A DNA stretch of 64,000 nucleotides. Source: an uncultured Acidobacteriota bacterium (GTDB taxonomy: Bacteria; Acidobacteriota; Polarisedimenticolia; J045). Positions within the stretch are counted from its first letter, which is position 1. Each line of letters begins with the position of its first letter. A program made the translations under genes and the position numbers. Location of the stretch: positions 1 to 64,000 of the forward strand of contig CAVPCQ010000036.1 in assembly GCA_963702425.1 (NCBI GenBank), written 5' to 3'. Under the pieces are notes generated by a model, which saw only the letters and a list, made by a program, of their open reading frames with translations, was not told the origin of the DNA and made no database searches. Positions 52,040 through 62,244 of this stretch are shown piece by piece.

Positions 52040-52207
52040 GCTCTCGGCCTCCGAAGTGACGGTCGGAGATCATAGCCCGAAACGGGCCCGGCGGCGCCCG
52101 ACAGGCCCGGCCGTCGCGGGGAGCCCCCCGCGGGCCCCGGGCCGCGCCCGGGCGCAGCCTTGAAACCCGGCGGCGACCGGATGATCATCGGCGGAAAGGA
52201 GGGTTCC

Positions 52208-52786
52208 GTGCGCTTTCGCCTGGTTGCCGGCTTCCTGCTGCTGCTCGGCGCGCTCGCCGCGGCCGCCTGCTCGTCCCCCCCGCCGCCGACCACCGCCGAG
52301 CGTACGGTCAACGACGAGGGGCTCGGGATCCGGTACACGATCCCCGAGCAGTGGTCGCCGTTCCTGGACGAGGTCCGTTCGCCGGGCGGCACGGTCTGGG
52401 AGCTCAAGACCAAGTCGCTGGAGGACGCGGAGAAGACCTTCCTCGCCGCGCTCCCGCGGAGCATCCTGCCGCAGCTCGTCGGCTGGACCGAGTTCTTCTA
52501 CAAGCGCAACGGCGAGCCCGCGCTGACCGACCTCGTGATCGGCGGCCACCCCGCACTCGAGGCGGTCTTCCCGGTTCTGGTCCGCCCCGGCGACCCACCG
52601 ACCGCCGTCGCCTACTGGGCGGTCCGGCACGGCGACACGCTTTACGCTTTCCGGGCCGGCTTCCCACCGGGCCGCGAGGCCCTCGATCTCCCGGCCCTGC
52701 GGCAGATGATGCTGGGGCTGACCTTCCTCCACCCCGAGCCGCCGCCCGCCGCCGCCGAGAGTGCGCCGGGCCAGCTCGTCCAGTAG
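52208..52786 (+). CDS. Hypothetical lipoprotein
   Basis: GGAGG RBS, lipobox LAAAA-C. Confidence 0.65.
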   Translation: MRFRLVAGFLLLLGALAAAACSSPPPPTTAERTVNDEGLGIRYTIPEQWSPFLDEVRSPGGTVWELKTKSLEDAEKTFLAALPRSILPQLVGWTEFFYKRNGEPALTDLVIGGHPALEAVFPVLVRPGDPPTAVAYWAVRHGDTLYAFRAGFPPGREALDLPALRQMMLGLTFLHPEPPPAAAESAPGQLVQ

Positions 52787-52795
52787 CCGAGGGGG

Positions 52796-53179
52796 CTAGT
52801 CGAGGACCGCGATCGCGTCGATCTCGATCCGCGCGTCGCGCGGCAGGCGCGCCGCTTGCACCGTCGAACGCGCCGGCCGGTGCGCGCCGAAGACCTCCTC
52901 GTAGGCGCCGTTCATCGCCGCAAAGTCGGCCATGTCGGCCAGGTAGACGGTGGTCTTCACGACCTGCGAGAGGCCCGAGCCCGCCGCCTCGAGAACCGCG
53001 GCGAGATTGGCCAGGACGCGACGGGTCTGAACCGCCACGTCGCCAGCCACGAACTGGCCCGTTCCCGGGTCGAGCGGGAGCTGTCCCGAGCAGAAGACGA
53101 ACCCCCCGGCGACGAGCGCCTGGACGTAGGGACCGATGGCCTGCGGGGCCTTGTTCGTCGCGATCGGATTCATCGTCAT
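52796..53179 (-). CDS. ridA: RidA/YjgF enamine deaminase
   Basis: AP.AIGPY.QA, SGQLPLDP, PARS.V, LP...IEI. Confidence 0.93.
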   Translation of the reverse strand: MTMNPIATNKAPQAIGPYVQALVAGGFVFCSGQLPLDPGTGQFVAGDVAVQTRRVLANLAAVLEAAGSGLSQVVKTTVYLADMADFAAMNGAYEEVFGAHRPARSTVQAARLPRDARIEIDAIAVLD

Positions 53180-53213
53180 GCCGAGTCTCCCTCGTTCGCT
53201 TCATCGCTCCGGA

Positions 53214-55391
53214 TCAACCGTGGATCTGCCCTGCCGCGTGCTGCGGCGAGACGCGCTCGACCTGGTAAACCCCCTCCGTGCGCCGGATGCGGTCGAGCAG
53301 CTTCTCGACCTGGGCGCGGTGCGCCACCTCGGCCACGATCGAGATCACTCCGCGTCCGGCGTCGTCGACGCCGGCGTCGGCATGGCCGATGTTGATCCGC
53401 TCCTTCTCCAGGATCTCGGCGACGCGGGCCAGCATCCCGGGCTGGTTTCGAGTCAGGACCCGGAGACCGACGTTGAATCGCGAGGCATCCTCTCCCGCGG
53501 CCCAGGCGACCTCGATCCGCCGGTCGCTCTCCACCAGCAGCCCTTCGAGGTTTCCGCAGTCCTCCCGGTGGACCGACACACCGCGCCCGCGCGTGATGTA
53601 CCCGACGATCGTGTCGCCCGGGATCGGGCAGCAGCAGCGGGCGAGGGTCACGAGGGTGTCGCCCATCCCGTGGACGAGCACCTTGTCCGGGCCGGACCGG
53701 GTCAGGGCCCGGGAGACGCGCCGGAGGAGCGAGGGGGGCTCGTCGGGCTTCAAGGCGGCAACGGGCGAGACCAGCGCCAGGAACTGCTGGGGCGTGATCT
53801 TGCCGTGACCGAGCGCGGCGTACAGGTCCTCGAGCGACCGGTACTTCAACTCGCTCAGCGCGGCCGCCTGCTTCTCCTCCGCGAGACCCTTGAGCGAGAC
53901 GTTGTAGCGGCGCGCCTCCTTCTCCAGCAGCGAGCGGCCCAGCTCGATCGAGCGCTCGCGCTCGGACGCCTTGAGGAAGGCGCGGATCTTGCTGCGCGCG
54001 CGGGTGGTGCGCGCAATCGCCAGCCAGTCACGGCTCGGCTTGTGGCCGGCCTGGGTGACGATCTCGACGATGTCCCCCGACTTCAGCTCGGTCTTGAGGG
54101 GCACGAGGCGGCCGTTGACGCGCCCGCCGACGCAGGTGTGACCGACCTCGGTGTGGATCTCGTAGGCGAAATCGACCGGCGTCGCCCCCTTCGGCAGCGA
54201 GACGACCCGGCCCTTGGGCGTGAAGACGTAGACCTCGCCGGGAAACAGGTCGACCTTGACGTACTTGACGAACTCCCGCGAGTCGGCGATGTCCTTCTGC
54301 CAGTCCATCACCTGGCGCAGCCACTGGACGCCGGCGACCTCCTTTTCGGTCAGCATGCCGCGCTCCTTGTAGCGCCAGTGCGCGGCGATCCCCTCCTCGG
54401 CGAGGCGGTGCATCTCGAGCGTACGGATCTGGACCTCGAACGGGTATCCCTTGTCCGACATCACGGTGGTATGCAGGGACTGGTAGAGGTTCGGCTTCGG
54501 CATCGCGATGAAGTCCTTGATCCGCCCCGGCACCGGCGGCCAGAGCGAGTGCACGATGCCGAGCGCGCCGTAGCAGTCCTTGACCGAGCTCGTGATGACC
54601 CGCAGCGCGACGACGTCGTAGACCTGCTCGACGTCGATCATCTGGACCTGCATCTTGTGGTAGATCGAGAAGACGCTCTTCAGCCGGCCACGGATCTCGG
54701 CCTTGATCCCGTGCTCCTCGAGGGCCGCGGACAGCTTCTCCCGGACTTCGGCGACCAGCACGTCGGAGACCTGCCGCTTCGCTTCGAGCTGCGCGATCAG
54801 CTGGGCGTACGCCTCCGGGTCCGAGAACTTGACCGACAGGTCCTGCAGCTCGGACTGGATCCGGCCGAGACCCAGCCGGTTGGCCAGCGGGACGTAGATC
54901 TCGAGCGTCTCGGCGGAGATCTGCTTCTGCTTCTCCGGCGGCATGAACCCGAGCGTGCGCATGTTGTGCAGCCGGTCGGCGAGCTTGACCAGGATGACCC
55001 GGATGTCGCCGACCATCGCCAGGATCATCTTCCGGATGTTCTCGGCCTGGCGCTCCGCCTCGGAGGCCATGTCGAGGCGCGACAGCTTCGTCACGCCGTC
55101 GACGAGCTGGGCGACCTCCTTGCCGAAGTTCTCCTGGATGTCCGCCTCGGTCGCGTGGGAGTCCTCGACGACGTCGTGGAGCAGGCCGGCCGCCACGGTC
55201 GGCACGTCCAGCTCGAGGTCGGCCAGGATGTGGGCCACCTCCAGCGGGTGGATCAGGTAGGGCTCTCCGTTGCGCCGCAGCTGCCCGCGGTGCGCCATCG
55301 CGCTGTAGATGTAGGCGCGGCGCAGGAGTTCCAGGTCCGCGTCGGGGCGGTTGCGCTCGACTCGTTCCTGGATGTCCTCGAACCGGATCAA
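53214..55391 (-). CDS. rel: Bifunctional (p)ppGpp synthetase/hydrolase (RelA/SpoT)
   Basis: GEPY..HP, LLHDVVED, KLADRLHNMRTL, YQSLHT, TGS and ACT domains. Confidence 0.95.
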   Translation of the reverse strand: MIRFEDIQERVERNRPDADLELLRRAYIYSAMAHRGQLRRNGEPYLIHPLEVAHILADLELDVPTVAAGLLHDVVEDSHATEADIQENFGKEVAQLVDGVTKLSRLDMASEAERQAENIRKMILAMVGDIRVILVKLADRLHNMRTLGFMPPEKQKQISAETLEIYVPLANRLGLGRIQSELQDLSVKFSDPEAYAQLIAQLEAKRQVSDVLVAEVREKLSAALEEHGIKAEIRGRLKSVFSIYHKMQVQMIDVEQVYDVVALRVITSSVKDCYGALGIVHSLWPPVPGRIKDFIAMPKPNLYQSLHTTVMSDKGYPFEVQIRTLEMHRLAEEGIAAHWRYKERGMLTEKEVAGVQWLRQVMDWQKDIADSREFVKYVKVDLFPGEVYVFTPKGRVVSLPKGATPVDFAYEIHTEVGHTCVGGRVNGRLVPLKTELKSGDIVEIVTQAGHKPSRDWLAIARTTRARSKIRAFLKASERERSIELGRSLLEKEARRYNVSLKGLAEEKQAAALSELKYRSLEDLYAALGHGKITPQQFLALVSPVAALKPDEPPSLLRRVSRALTRSGPDKVLVHGMGDTLVTLARCCCPIPGDTIVGYITRGRGVSVHREDCGNLEGLLVESDRRIEVAWAAGEDASRFNVGLRVLTRNQPGMLARVAEILEKERINIGHADAGVDDAGRGVISIVAEVAHRAQVEKLLDRIRRTEGVYQVERVSPQHAAGQIHG

Positions 55392-55495
55392 CGGCGGGCC
55401 TCCCGGCCCGGAGGATTATAGGGACCGCGGCCCGAAACGCGCCGGGCCGCCCCGCGCGGCGGCCCGGACGGCGCAAGCGGGGACGGGCGCCGGCC

Positions 55496-56707
55496 TCAGG
55501 CCCGCGCGCGCCCGGTCGGTTTGGCCGCCTTGGCGGCGCGGGCGGCCTTGGCGTCGGCCGGCTGGCGCGAGGCGCGCCACTTCGTCCACCAGACCACGAA
55601 CGGGCAGGCGACGTAGAGCGACGACAGCGTGCCGATGATGATCCCCCACAGCAGTACGAACGAGAAGCCGTGGAGCACGATCCCGCCGAAGAAGAACAGC
55701 GAGGCGGCGGTGACGATCGTGCAGATCCCGGTGATCAGGGTCCGGGGCAGGACCTCGTTCAGCGCCTCGTTGACGGTCGAGGCGAAGCCGGCGGTCCCGC
55801 GGTTCCGGATCAGCTCCCGGATCCGGTCGAAGACGACGATCTTGTCGTTGACCGAGTAGCCGATCAGGGTCAGGAAGGCCGCCACGACCGGGAGGGTGAA
55901 CTCCTCCTTGAAGAGCGCGAACAGCCCCAGCGTCACGATCACGTCGAAGCCCAGCGCCACCATCGCGCCCAGGCCCCACTTGAGGCCCGAGAAGCGGATC
56001 CAGAGGTAGAGCATCATCAGGACGAGCGCGCCGACGCTGGCGATCAGCGCCCGGTTGCGCATCTCCTGGCTGATCGAGGCCTCGATCACCTCCTGGCCAC
56101 GCAGTCCGAACGGCCCGACGAACGCGTGCTGGGCCATCCAGCCCTTCGCCGCCTCCGGAACCGCGGGCAGCGCGCGGACCTGGTCGAGCCCGGTCAGCAC
56201 GCCGCCGCTCTCGCGCCGCAGGGCGAGGATCGCGTCGGCCGCGGCCTCGGCTTCGGCCCGGGCCAGCCCCGCGTCGGCCGCCATCCGGTCGGCGATGGTG
56301 ACCTGGTCGGCCGTGTTGAGGTTGATCTGCCCGGCGTCGATCTTCTGCTTCACGTCGGCCGGCCGCAGGGCCTCGACGACCTGGGTCGCGAGGTCCCCTT
56401 CCTTCGACTGCGAGCCATCCTTCGGCAGTCCGACCCGGATCGCCAGCTCGCGGCCCCCGGTGTCGCCGAAGGTCGTGACCGTCACGCCCGGCAGGTTGGC
56501 CGCGTCGAGCGTCTGGCGGATCGTCGCGATGTCCGGCGCGTCGATGTAGCGCAGGGCCACCTCGGCGCCGCCGGTAAACTCGACACCGCGCTGGATGCCG
56601 AACATCGCCATCATGGCGAGGGCGAAGACCAGGCCCCCGCCGATGAACGCGGCGATGAAGGCCCGCTGGCCCATGAAGTCGTACTTGCGCGGGAACTTGA
56701 TCTGCAT
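55496..56707 (-). CDS. secF: Protein translocase SecF with HhH-like insertion
   Basis: GVEFTGG, GYSVND.IVVFDRIRE, RTLIT, GTLSS. Confidence 0.93.
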   Translation of the reverse strand: MQIKFPRKYDFMGQRAFIAAFIGGGLVFALAMMAMFGIQRGVEFTGGAEVALRYIDAPDIATIRQTLDAANLPGVTVTTFGDTGGRELAIRVGLPKDGSQSKEGDLATQVVEALRPADVKQKIDAGQINLNTADQVTIADRMAADAGLARAEAEAAADAILALRRESGGVLTGLDQVRALPAVPEAAKGWMAQHAFVGPFGLRGQEVIEASISQEMRNRALIASVGALVLMMLYLWIRFSGLKWGLGAMVALGFDVIVTLGLFALFKEEFTLPVVAAFLTLIGYSVNDKIVVFDRIRELIRNRGTAGFASTVNEALNEVLPRTLITGICTIVTAASLFFFGGIVLHGFSFVLLWGIIIGTLSSLYVACPFVVWWTKWRASRQPADAKAARAAKAAKPTGRARA

Positions 56708-56722
56708 GGTTGGCTCCGCCCG

Positions 56723-58338
56723 TCAGATCGACAGCGTCTTGATCGGGCGCTGGAGGATCATCTCGAAAAGGGTCTTGCTCGCGAAGACCGCGGTGAACAT
56801 GTTGGCCAAGAGGCCGATGATCAGCGTCACGGCGAACCCCTTGACCGGCCCGGTGCCGTAGCCGATCAGGAACAGCGCCGCGATGATCGTCGTCACGTTG
56901 GAGTCGAAGATCGCGGAGAAGGCCTTGTTGAAGCCGGCCTCGACCGCCCCCTTGACGGTCTTGCCGGCGGCCAGCTCCTCCCGGATGCGCTCGAAGATCA
57001 GCACGTTGGCGTCGACCGCCATGCCGACCGTCAGCGCCAGGCCGGCGATGCCGGGGAGCGTCAGCGTCGCCCCCATCTGGGCCATCGACGCGAACAGAAT
57101 GAGCATGTTCAGCGCCAGCGCGAGGATCGCGTTGATCCCGGCGGCCTTGTAGTAGACCAGCATGAAGAGGCAGGTGAAGGCGGCACCGAACGCCGCGGCC
57201 CGCAGGCCGTCGCGGATCGAGTCGCGTCCGAGCGAGGGGCCGACGGTCCGCTCCTCCAGGGTCAGGATGCGGGCCGGCAGCGCGCCGGCGCGCAGGACCA
57301 GCGAGAGTTCGTCGGCCTCGGCCGGCGTGAAGTTCCCCTCGATCTGGCCGTTCGTGCGGATCTCGCCCCGGATCGCCGGCGCCGACTTGATCTTCCCGTC
57401 CAGCACGATCGGCATCTGCTTGCCGATGTGCGAGCGGGTGAAGTTCCCGAAGCGGTCGGCGGCCCCGACGCGCAGGCTGAAGGAGACGACGGTGTTGTTC
57501 CACTCGCCCTGCGAGGCCTGCGCGTTCTGCAGGTCGGTCCCGGAGATCACGGCCGACTTCTCGACCGCCATGTAGCCGGAGATCTGCGCCGGCGGCGGCG
57601 GCTGGCTGGGATCGAGGATCTTGCGCTCCGCCTCCATCGGCAGGATCTCGACGCCCGGTGGGACGTTGCCGCCGAGCTGGGCGGCGACGTCCTCGCTTGC
57701 GTCGCCGCGACGAAGGGCCCCGCGCCGTCCGGCGTGTAGAACGCGGAGCGCAGCTCGAGCTGGGCCTGGGCCTGGATCACGCGCTTCACGCGCGAGGGGT
57801 CCTCGACGCCCGGCATCTGGACCAGCAGCCGGTTGGCATTCTCGCCGCCGAGCCGCGTCACCGAGGCCTCGGCGACGCCGAGCGCGTCGACGCGGTTCTG
57901 GACGGTCGTCAGCGCCTGCCGGACCGCCCGGTCGCGCAGCAGCTGCTCCTCGGCGCGCGGCATCTGGACGCGGATCTCCGCGCCCGATGTGCCGACCGTC
58001 CAGTCGCCCGACTCTTCGGTCACGATCCGCTCGGCTTCGCCGAGCCGTGCCGCGGGGACTCCCGTGACCACGACCGAACCGGTCGTGTCGCCGGTGATCG
58101 CGCGCGCCTCGGTGTACCCTTCCTTGCGCAGGCGTTCGCCGATCCGCGTCGCCTCGATATCGGCCTCCGCCTTGATCGCGTCGTCGGTCTGGACCTGCAT
58201 CACGAGGTAGGACCCCCCGCGCAAGTCGAGGCCCAGCTTGACGTTGGCGAAGGTGTGCTCGGTCCGCGGCCAGACCTGCCAGATCGCCCACAGCGTGACG
58301 GCCGCGATCAGCGCGAGCTTCCAGTGGAGCGGCTTCAC
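56723..58338 (-). CDS. secD: Protein translocase SecD (apparent 1-nt frameshift near 57695)
   Basis: KLGLDLRGG...NRVDALGV.E in one frame; GALP, VGPSLG, LPGIAG, GMAVDANVLIFERIREE in another. Confidence 0.92.
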
Positions 58339-58685
58339 AGGCTCTCCTCGTCCGACTTCCCGGCGATGTGGGAGCGGAGCACGGTCACCTCGACCGTCGG
58401 CGCGATGCGGACCTTCAGCTTGGTGTCGTCCGCCTTGATCACCTTCCCGACCAGTCCGCCGGAGGTCACGACCGTCTCGCCCGGCTGGATCTGCTTCAGC
58501 ATCTCCTCGTGCGCCTTCTGCCGCTGGCGCGCCGGCCGGATCAGCAGGAAGTAGAAGATGACGAAGACGAGGAGGATCGGGGCGAACTGGATCAGGTAGG
58601 CCGTGGCACCCGGCGCGGCCGGCTGCTGCGCGAGCAGCGCGAGCGGCGCACCGGTGCCGGTGACGAGCTGTTGGAACTGGGTCAT
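58335..58685 (-). CDS. yajC: Preprotein translocase subunit YajC
   Basis: IFYFLLIRP...VVTSGGL.G.V. Confidence 0.95.
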   Translation of the reverse strand: MTQFQQLVTGTGAPLALLAQQPAAPGATAYLIQFAPILLVFVIFYFLLIRPARQRQKAHEEMLKQIQPGETVVTSGGLVGKVIKADDTKLKVRIAPTVEVTVLRSHIAGKSDEESL

Positions 58686-58854
58686 GGTTGAGAAGACCTC
58701 GCCGGACCGGGGGCGATGGCGGCACCCCGGGTCGAAGGGGCGGCCGGACGGAAAACCGCCGGGACCGCGAAAAACGTCGCATTCTGGGGGGATACGGGCG
58801 ACCGGTCAAGCTGGGGCTTGGCCGGAGCACCGTCCGAAGAGGAGCTGAGGCCCC

Positions 58855-59511
58855 GTGACCGAGACGCTGACGAGCCCCCTCCTGGCCCGGCGCGCGGGCG
58901 TTCCGCACGGCTTTTCCCAGGCCCCGGGAGCGATTCCGGCGTGGCGGCCGAAGCAGGTCCACGGCGCGGAGATCGCGGAGCCGGAGCGGGCTGGCGCGCC
59001 GGCCGTGACGGCGGATGCAGCGCTCTCCCGGACCGGCGGGCCGACCGTAGGGGTCGTGACGGCCGACTGCGTCCCGCTCCTGCTGGCCGTCGAGGGAGGG
59101 GCAGCGGTCGCGGCGGTGCACGCTGGCTGGCGGGGGGTAGCGGCCGGCGTGATCGAGGCCGCGATCGAACGACTGCGAACCGCGGCGCCGGGACGCGTGC
59201 TGGTCGCCGCGGTCGGGCCGGCCGCGGGTGGCTGCTGCTACGAGGTTGGGCCGGAGGTGATCGCGGCGCTGGCCGCCGCCCCACCGCGAATCGCGCCCGG
59301 ACCGCGCGGACGCCCCCTGCTCGACCTGCGCGGCGTGGTCGCCGACCGGCTCCAGGCGGCCGGCCTTGCGGCGGATGCGATCGAGCAGGTCGGACCGTGC
59401 ACGATCTGCAGCGCGGGGTGGCCCTCGTATCGCCGCGAGGGCGAGGGCGCCGGACGAGCGCTGGCTTTCGTGGCCCCGGCGGCATCCCCGACGGCGTCGC
59501 CGGCGCCGTAG
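58855..59511 (+). CDS. pgeF: PgeF/YfiH laccase-domain protein
   Basis: QVHG, ADA, TADCVP, HAGWRG, CCYEVG, CT...SYRR. Confidence 0.9.
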   Translation: MTETLTSPLLARRAGVPHGFSQAPGAIPAWRPKQVHGAEIAEPERAGAPAVTADAALSRTGGPTVGVVTADCVPLLLAVEGGAAVAAVHAGWRGVAAGVIEAAIERLRTAAPGRVLVAAVGPAAGGCCYEVGPEVIAALAAAPPRIAPGPRGRPLLDLRGVVADRLQAAGLAADAIEQVGPCTICSAGWPSYRREGEGAGRALAFVAPAASPTASPAP

Positions 59512-59567
59512 TTCGGCTCTTCCTTCGGGCCGCGCGCCGCCCCGCGCCAGCGAAAGCGGGGCGCCGC

Positions 59568-59596
59568 TTGCCCGGGCCCCGCCCCGTCGCCATAAT
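59568..59596 (+). promoter_or_regulatory. sigma70 promoter of tRNA-Ser
   Basis: TTGCCC-N17-CATAAT. Confidence 0.6.
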
Positions 59597-59622
59597 CACG
59601 CGGCTTTTTCCCGTCCCGCCGC

Positions 59623-59716
<94 letters not shown>

Positions 59717-59724
59717 GTCCCGTC

Positions 59725-60105
59725 CTACTTCAGCTTTACCGACACACCCTTCACGGACAGCTCCTTGACCGCGAGCGTGAAGGCGTTCTTCTTCTCCCGC
59801 GCCTCGATCTTGACCTCGTCGTCGCCGCGGGTGTCGACCCGGTAGGCGTCGCCGAGCGCGACCTTGAAGGCCTTCGCGATCGCCTCGGAGATCGCCGCTT
59901 CGCGGTCGCGGTCGGCCACCGGGATCTGGATCTCTTTCACTTCGCCGGTCGCGGGGGTGAAGCCGAAGTTGATGTAGCCGTTGCTGTCGGCACGGCCGTC
60001 GATCTCGATGCGCGCACGGGTCACCGGCGATTCGGCCAGCGCCGCACCGAAGACCAGGGCCGCCACGATGCCGATGAGCGCGAGGCCTGCGATCCGCGTC
60101 TTCAT
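59725..60105 (-). CDS. Small secreted hypothetical protein
   Basis: GGAG RBS, signal peptide, typical codon usage. Confidence 0.7.
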   Translation of the reverse strand: MKTRIAGLALIGIVAALVFGAALAESPVTRARIEIDGRADSNGYINFGFTPATGEVKEIQIPVADRDREAAISEAIAKAFKVALGDAYRVDTRGDDEVKIEAREKKNAFTLAVKELSVKGVSVKLK

Positions 60106-60200
60106 GAGTGTTCTCCCGTCGCCGCGGAAGCGCGGCTTGTTGCCCATCGTAGCGCGGATCGCGCGCCCGCCGCCCGCCGCGCCCGGCGAGTTCCCCTACA

Positions 60201-61208
60201 ATGACGCCCGTGAAACGACGGGTCCTCATTCTCCACACCGGCGGGACGCTCGGGATGCGCCCGCGCGCCGTGGACCAGGCCCTGGCCCCCGACGAGTTCG
60301 GGTCGGTCATCCTGGAGAGCGTCCCGGAACTGACCGAGATCGCGGCGATCGACGCGCAGGTCCTCTGCAACCTCGATTCCTGCGACGTGACTCCCGCCCA
60401 CTGGGAGTCGTTCGCACGCGAGATCGCCGGCGCGATCGATCGCTGGGACGGGATCGTCGTGACGCACGGGACGGACGCGATGGCCTACACCGCCTCGGCG
60501 CTGTCGTTCCTGCTGCGGAACCTCGGCAAGCCGGTGATCCTGACCGGCGCGCAGCGGCCCTTGGCCGACCCGCGCTCGGACGGCCGCGCCAACCTGGTCG
60601 GCGCAGTCGACCTGGCCACGCGCCCGATCCCGGAGGTCGGGATCTACTTCGACGGCCACCTGCTGCGCGGCAACCGGACGACCAAGCGCAGCTCGTTCGC
60701 CTTCGCCGCCTACCGCTCGCCGAATTTCCCGCCGCTGGCCGAGATCGGGACCGACGTGAGGATGCTCTCCGAGCCGCTCCGGCCGCGGGGGACGCTGGCG
60801 ATCGAGGGGCGCTTCGACGCCCGCGTCGCCGCCGTCCGGCTGCTTCCGGGCCAGCCGGCCGAGCCGCTGCGCGCGCTGGCCGGGAGCGGCGTCGGGGCGG
60901 TGCTGCTGCAGGCCTTCGGCGTCGGCAACCTCCCGGTCGTCGACCGCGGCGTGGCGCGAGCGATCGCGGAGCTGGTCGAGGCCGGGATCGTCGTGGCGAT
61001 CGGCTCGCAGTCGCTGCACGGCCGGGTCGACCTCTCGCACTACGCCGGCGGGCGGCTGGCGCGCGAGGTCGGGGCGGTCGGCACGGGCGACATGACGACC
61101 GAGGCCGCCGCGGTGAAGCTGATGTACCTGCTCGGCACCTTCGGCAGCGCGCAGGAGGTGCGCGAGCGGCTGTGCACGCCGATCGCCGGCGAGGTCACGC
61201 CGGGTTGA
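60201..61208 (+). CDS. ansA: L-asparaginase, type I
   Basis: HTGGTLGM, THGTD, PVILTGAQ, GDMT.EAA..KL. Confidence 0.9.
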   Translation: MTPVKRRVLILHTGGTLGMRPRAVDQALAPDEFGSVILESVPELTEIAAIDAQVLCNLDSCDVTPAHWESFAREIAGAIDRWDGIVVTHGTDAMAYTASALSFLLRNLGKPVILTGAQRPLADPRSDGRANLVGAVDLATRPIPEVGIYFDGHLLRGNRTTKRSSFAFAAYRSPNFPPLAEIGTDVRMLSEPLRPRGTLAIEGRFDARVAAVRLLPGQPAEPLRALAGSGVGAVLLQAFGVGNLPVVDRGVARAIAELVEAGIVVAIGSQSLHGRVDLSHYAGGRLAREVGAVGTGDMTTEAAAVKLMYLLGTFGSAQEVRERLCTPIAGEVTPG

Positions 61209-61224
61209 TCGCGAGGGGGAAGCC

Positions 61225-62049
61225 ATGAGCCATCTCGACGCCCACGCCGACCGGATCGCCGGGCTGATCTCAGGGGCCGGGGACGAGCTGCCGCTGTTCG
61301 TGACCGGCGCGGGGGTGAGCGTCGCCAGCGGGATCCCGACCTTCCGCGGGGCCGACCCGGACGCGATCTGGCGCAAGGACGACATCGAGCTGGCCACCTT
61401 CCGCGCGCTCAAGGCCGAGCCGCAGCGCTTTTGGGACTGGTACGCGCGGCGCTTCCTGTCGCTGCGCGGCAAGCAGCCCAACGGCGCCCACCAGGCGCTC
61501 GCCGGAATCGACCGCGCGCTGGCCCGGCAGGGTCGCGATTTCCTGCTGGTCACCCAGAACATCGACACGCTGCACGAGCAGGCCGGGGCCCAGCGGATCG
61601 TGAAGGTGCACGGCACCTCCGACCGCGTCCGCTGCGCGCGCTACGGCTGCGAGCACGGCGCGCCCACGGGATCGCTGCCGCTGCCCGACGAGGATCTCGA
61701 GCGCTTCGCGAAGGAGCTCGCCGAGTCCCGCCTGCCGACCTGCCCCGCCTGCGGCGGCGTGCTGCGGCCGCACGTGCTGCTGTTCGACGAGTTCTACACC
61801 GAGCACCTCGACTACGGCTTCGACCGCGTCGAGGCGGCTGCGGCGCGCGCCGCGTTCATCGTCTTCATCGGGACCTCGCTCTCGGTCGGCGTGACTGCGG
61901 TGCTCGAGGCCGCCGCGCGGCGGCGCGGCGTCCCGGCGCTGCTGATCGATCCCGCGCCCGCGCCGCCCGGTTCGGGGACGACGCTGTCGCACGTCGCCGC
62001 GCGCTCGGAGGAGCTGCTCCCGAGGGTGCTCGAGAGGATCGCGGGATGA
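61225..62049 (+). CDS. cobB: Sir2-family NAD-dependent deacylase
   Basis: TGAG.S..SGIPTFRG, TQNID.LH..AG, VHG, Zn-binding Cys, IGTS. Confidence 0.9.
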   Translation: MSHLDAHADRIAGLISGAGDELPLFVTGAGVSVASGIPTFRGADPDAIWRKDDIELATFRALKAEPQRFWDWYARRFLSLRGKQPNGAHQALAGIDRALARQGRDFLLVTQNIDTLHEQAGAQRIVKVHGTSDRVRCARYGCEHGAPTGSLPLPDEDLERFAKELAESRLPTCPACGGVLRPHVLLFDEFYTEHLDYGFDRVEAAAARAAFIVFIGTSLSVGVTAVLEAAARRRGVPALLIDPAPAPPGSGTTLSHVAARSEELLPRVLERIAG

Positions 62050-62080
62050 GAGGGCCGTGGGTCGCGCTGAAGGCCCCGGC

Positions 62081-62209
62081 AGAAACCGGCCCCGTTCCCG
62101 GGGGGGCCGGAAGCGGGGCCGGGGGGGGAAGTGGCACCGGGGGGGGCCGGTGCCTGGTGGGAGGAGCGTGCGACAGGTCCGATAAGAAATCGGTCAAATC
62201 GTTCACGCT
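62081..62209 (-). ncRNA. Candidate small RNA
   Basis: Own promoter (TTGACG-N17-TATCAT), three hairpins, CUCCUCCC tract, terminator-like stem plus UUUCU; no credible ORF. Confidence 0.4.
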
Positions 62210-62215
62210 GGGGGC

Positions 62216-62244
62216 ATGATACGGCGACCCCGCGAGCCCGTCAA
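62216..62244 (-). promoter_or_regulatory. sigma70 promoter divergent from the CarH-like gene
   Basis: TTGACG-N17-TATCAT on the minus strand. Confidence 0.6.
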
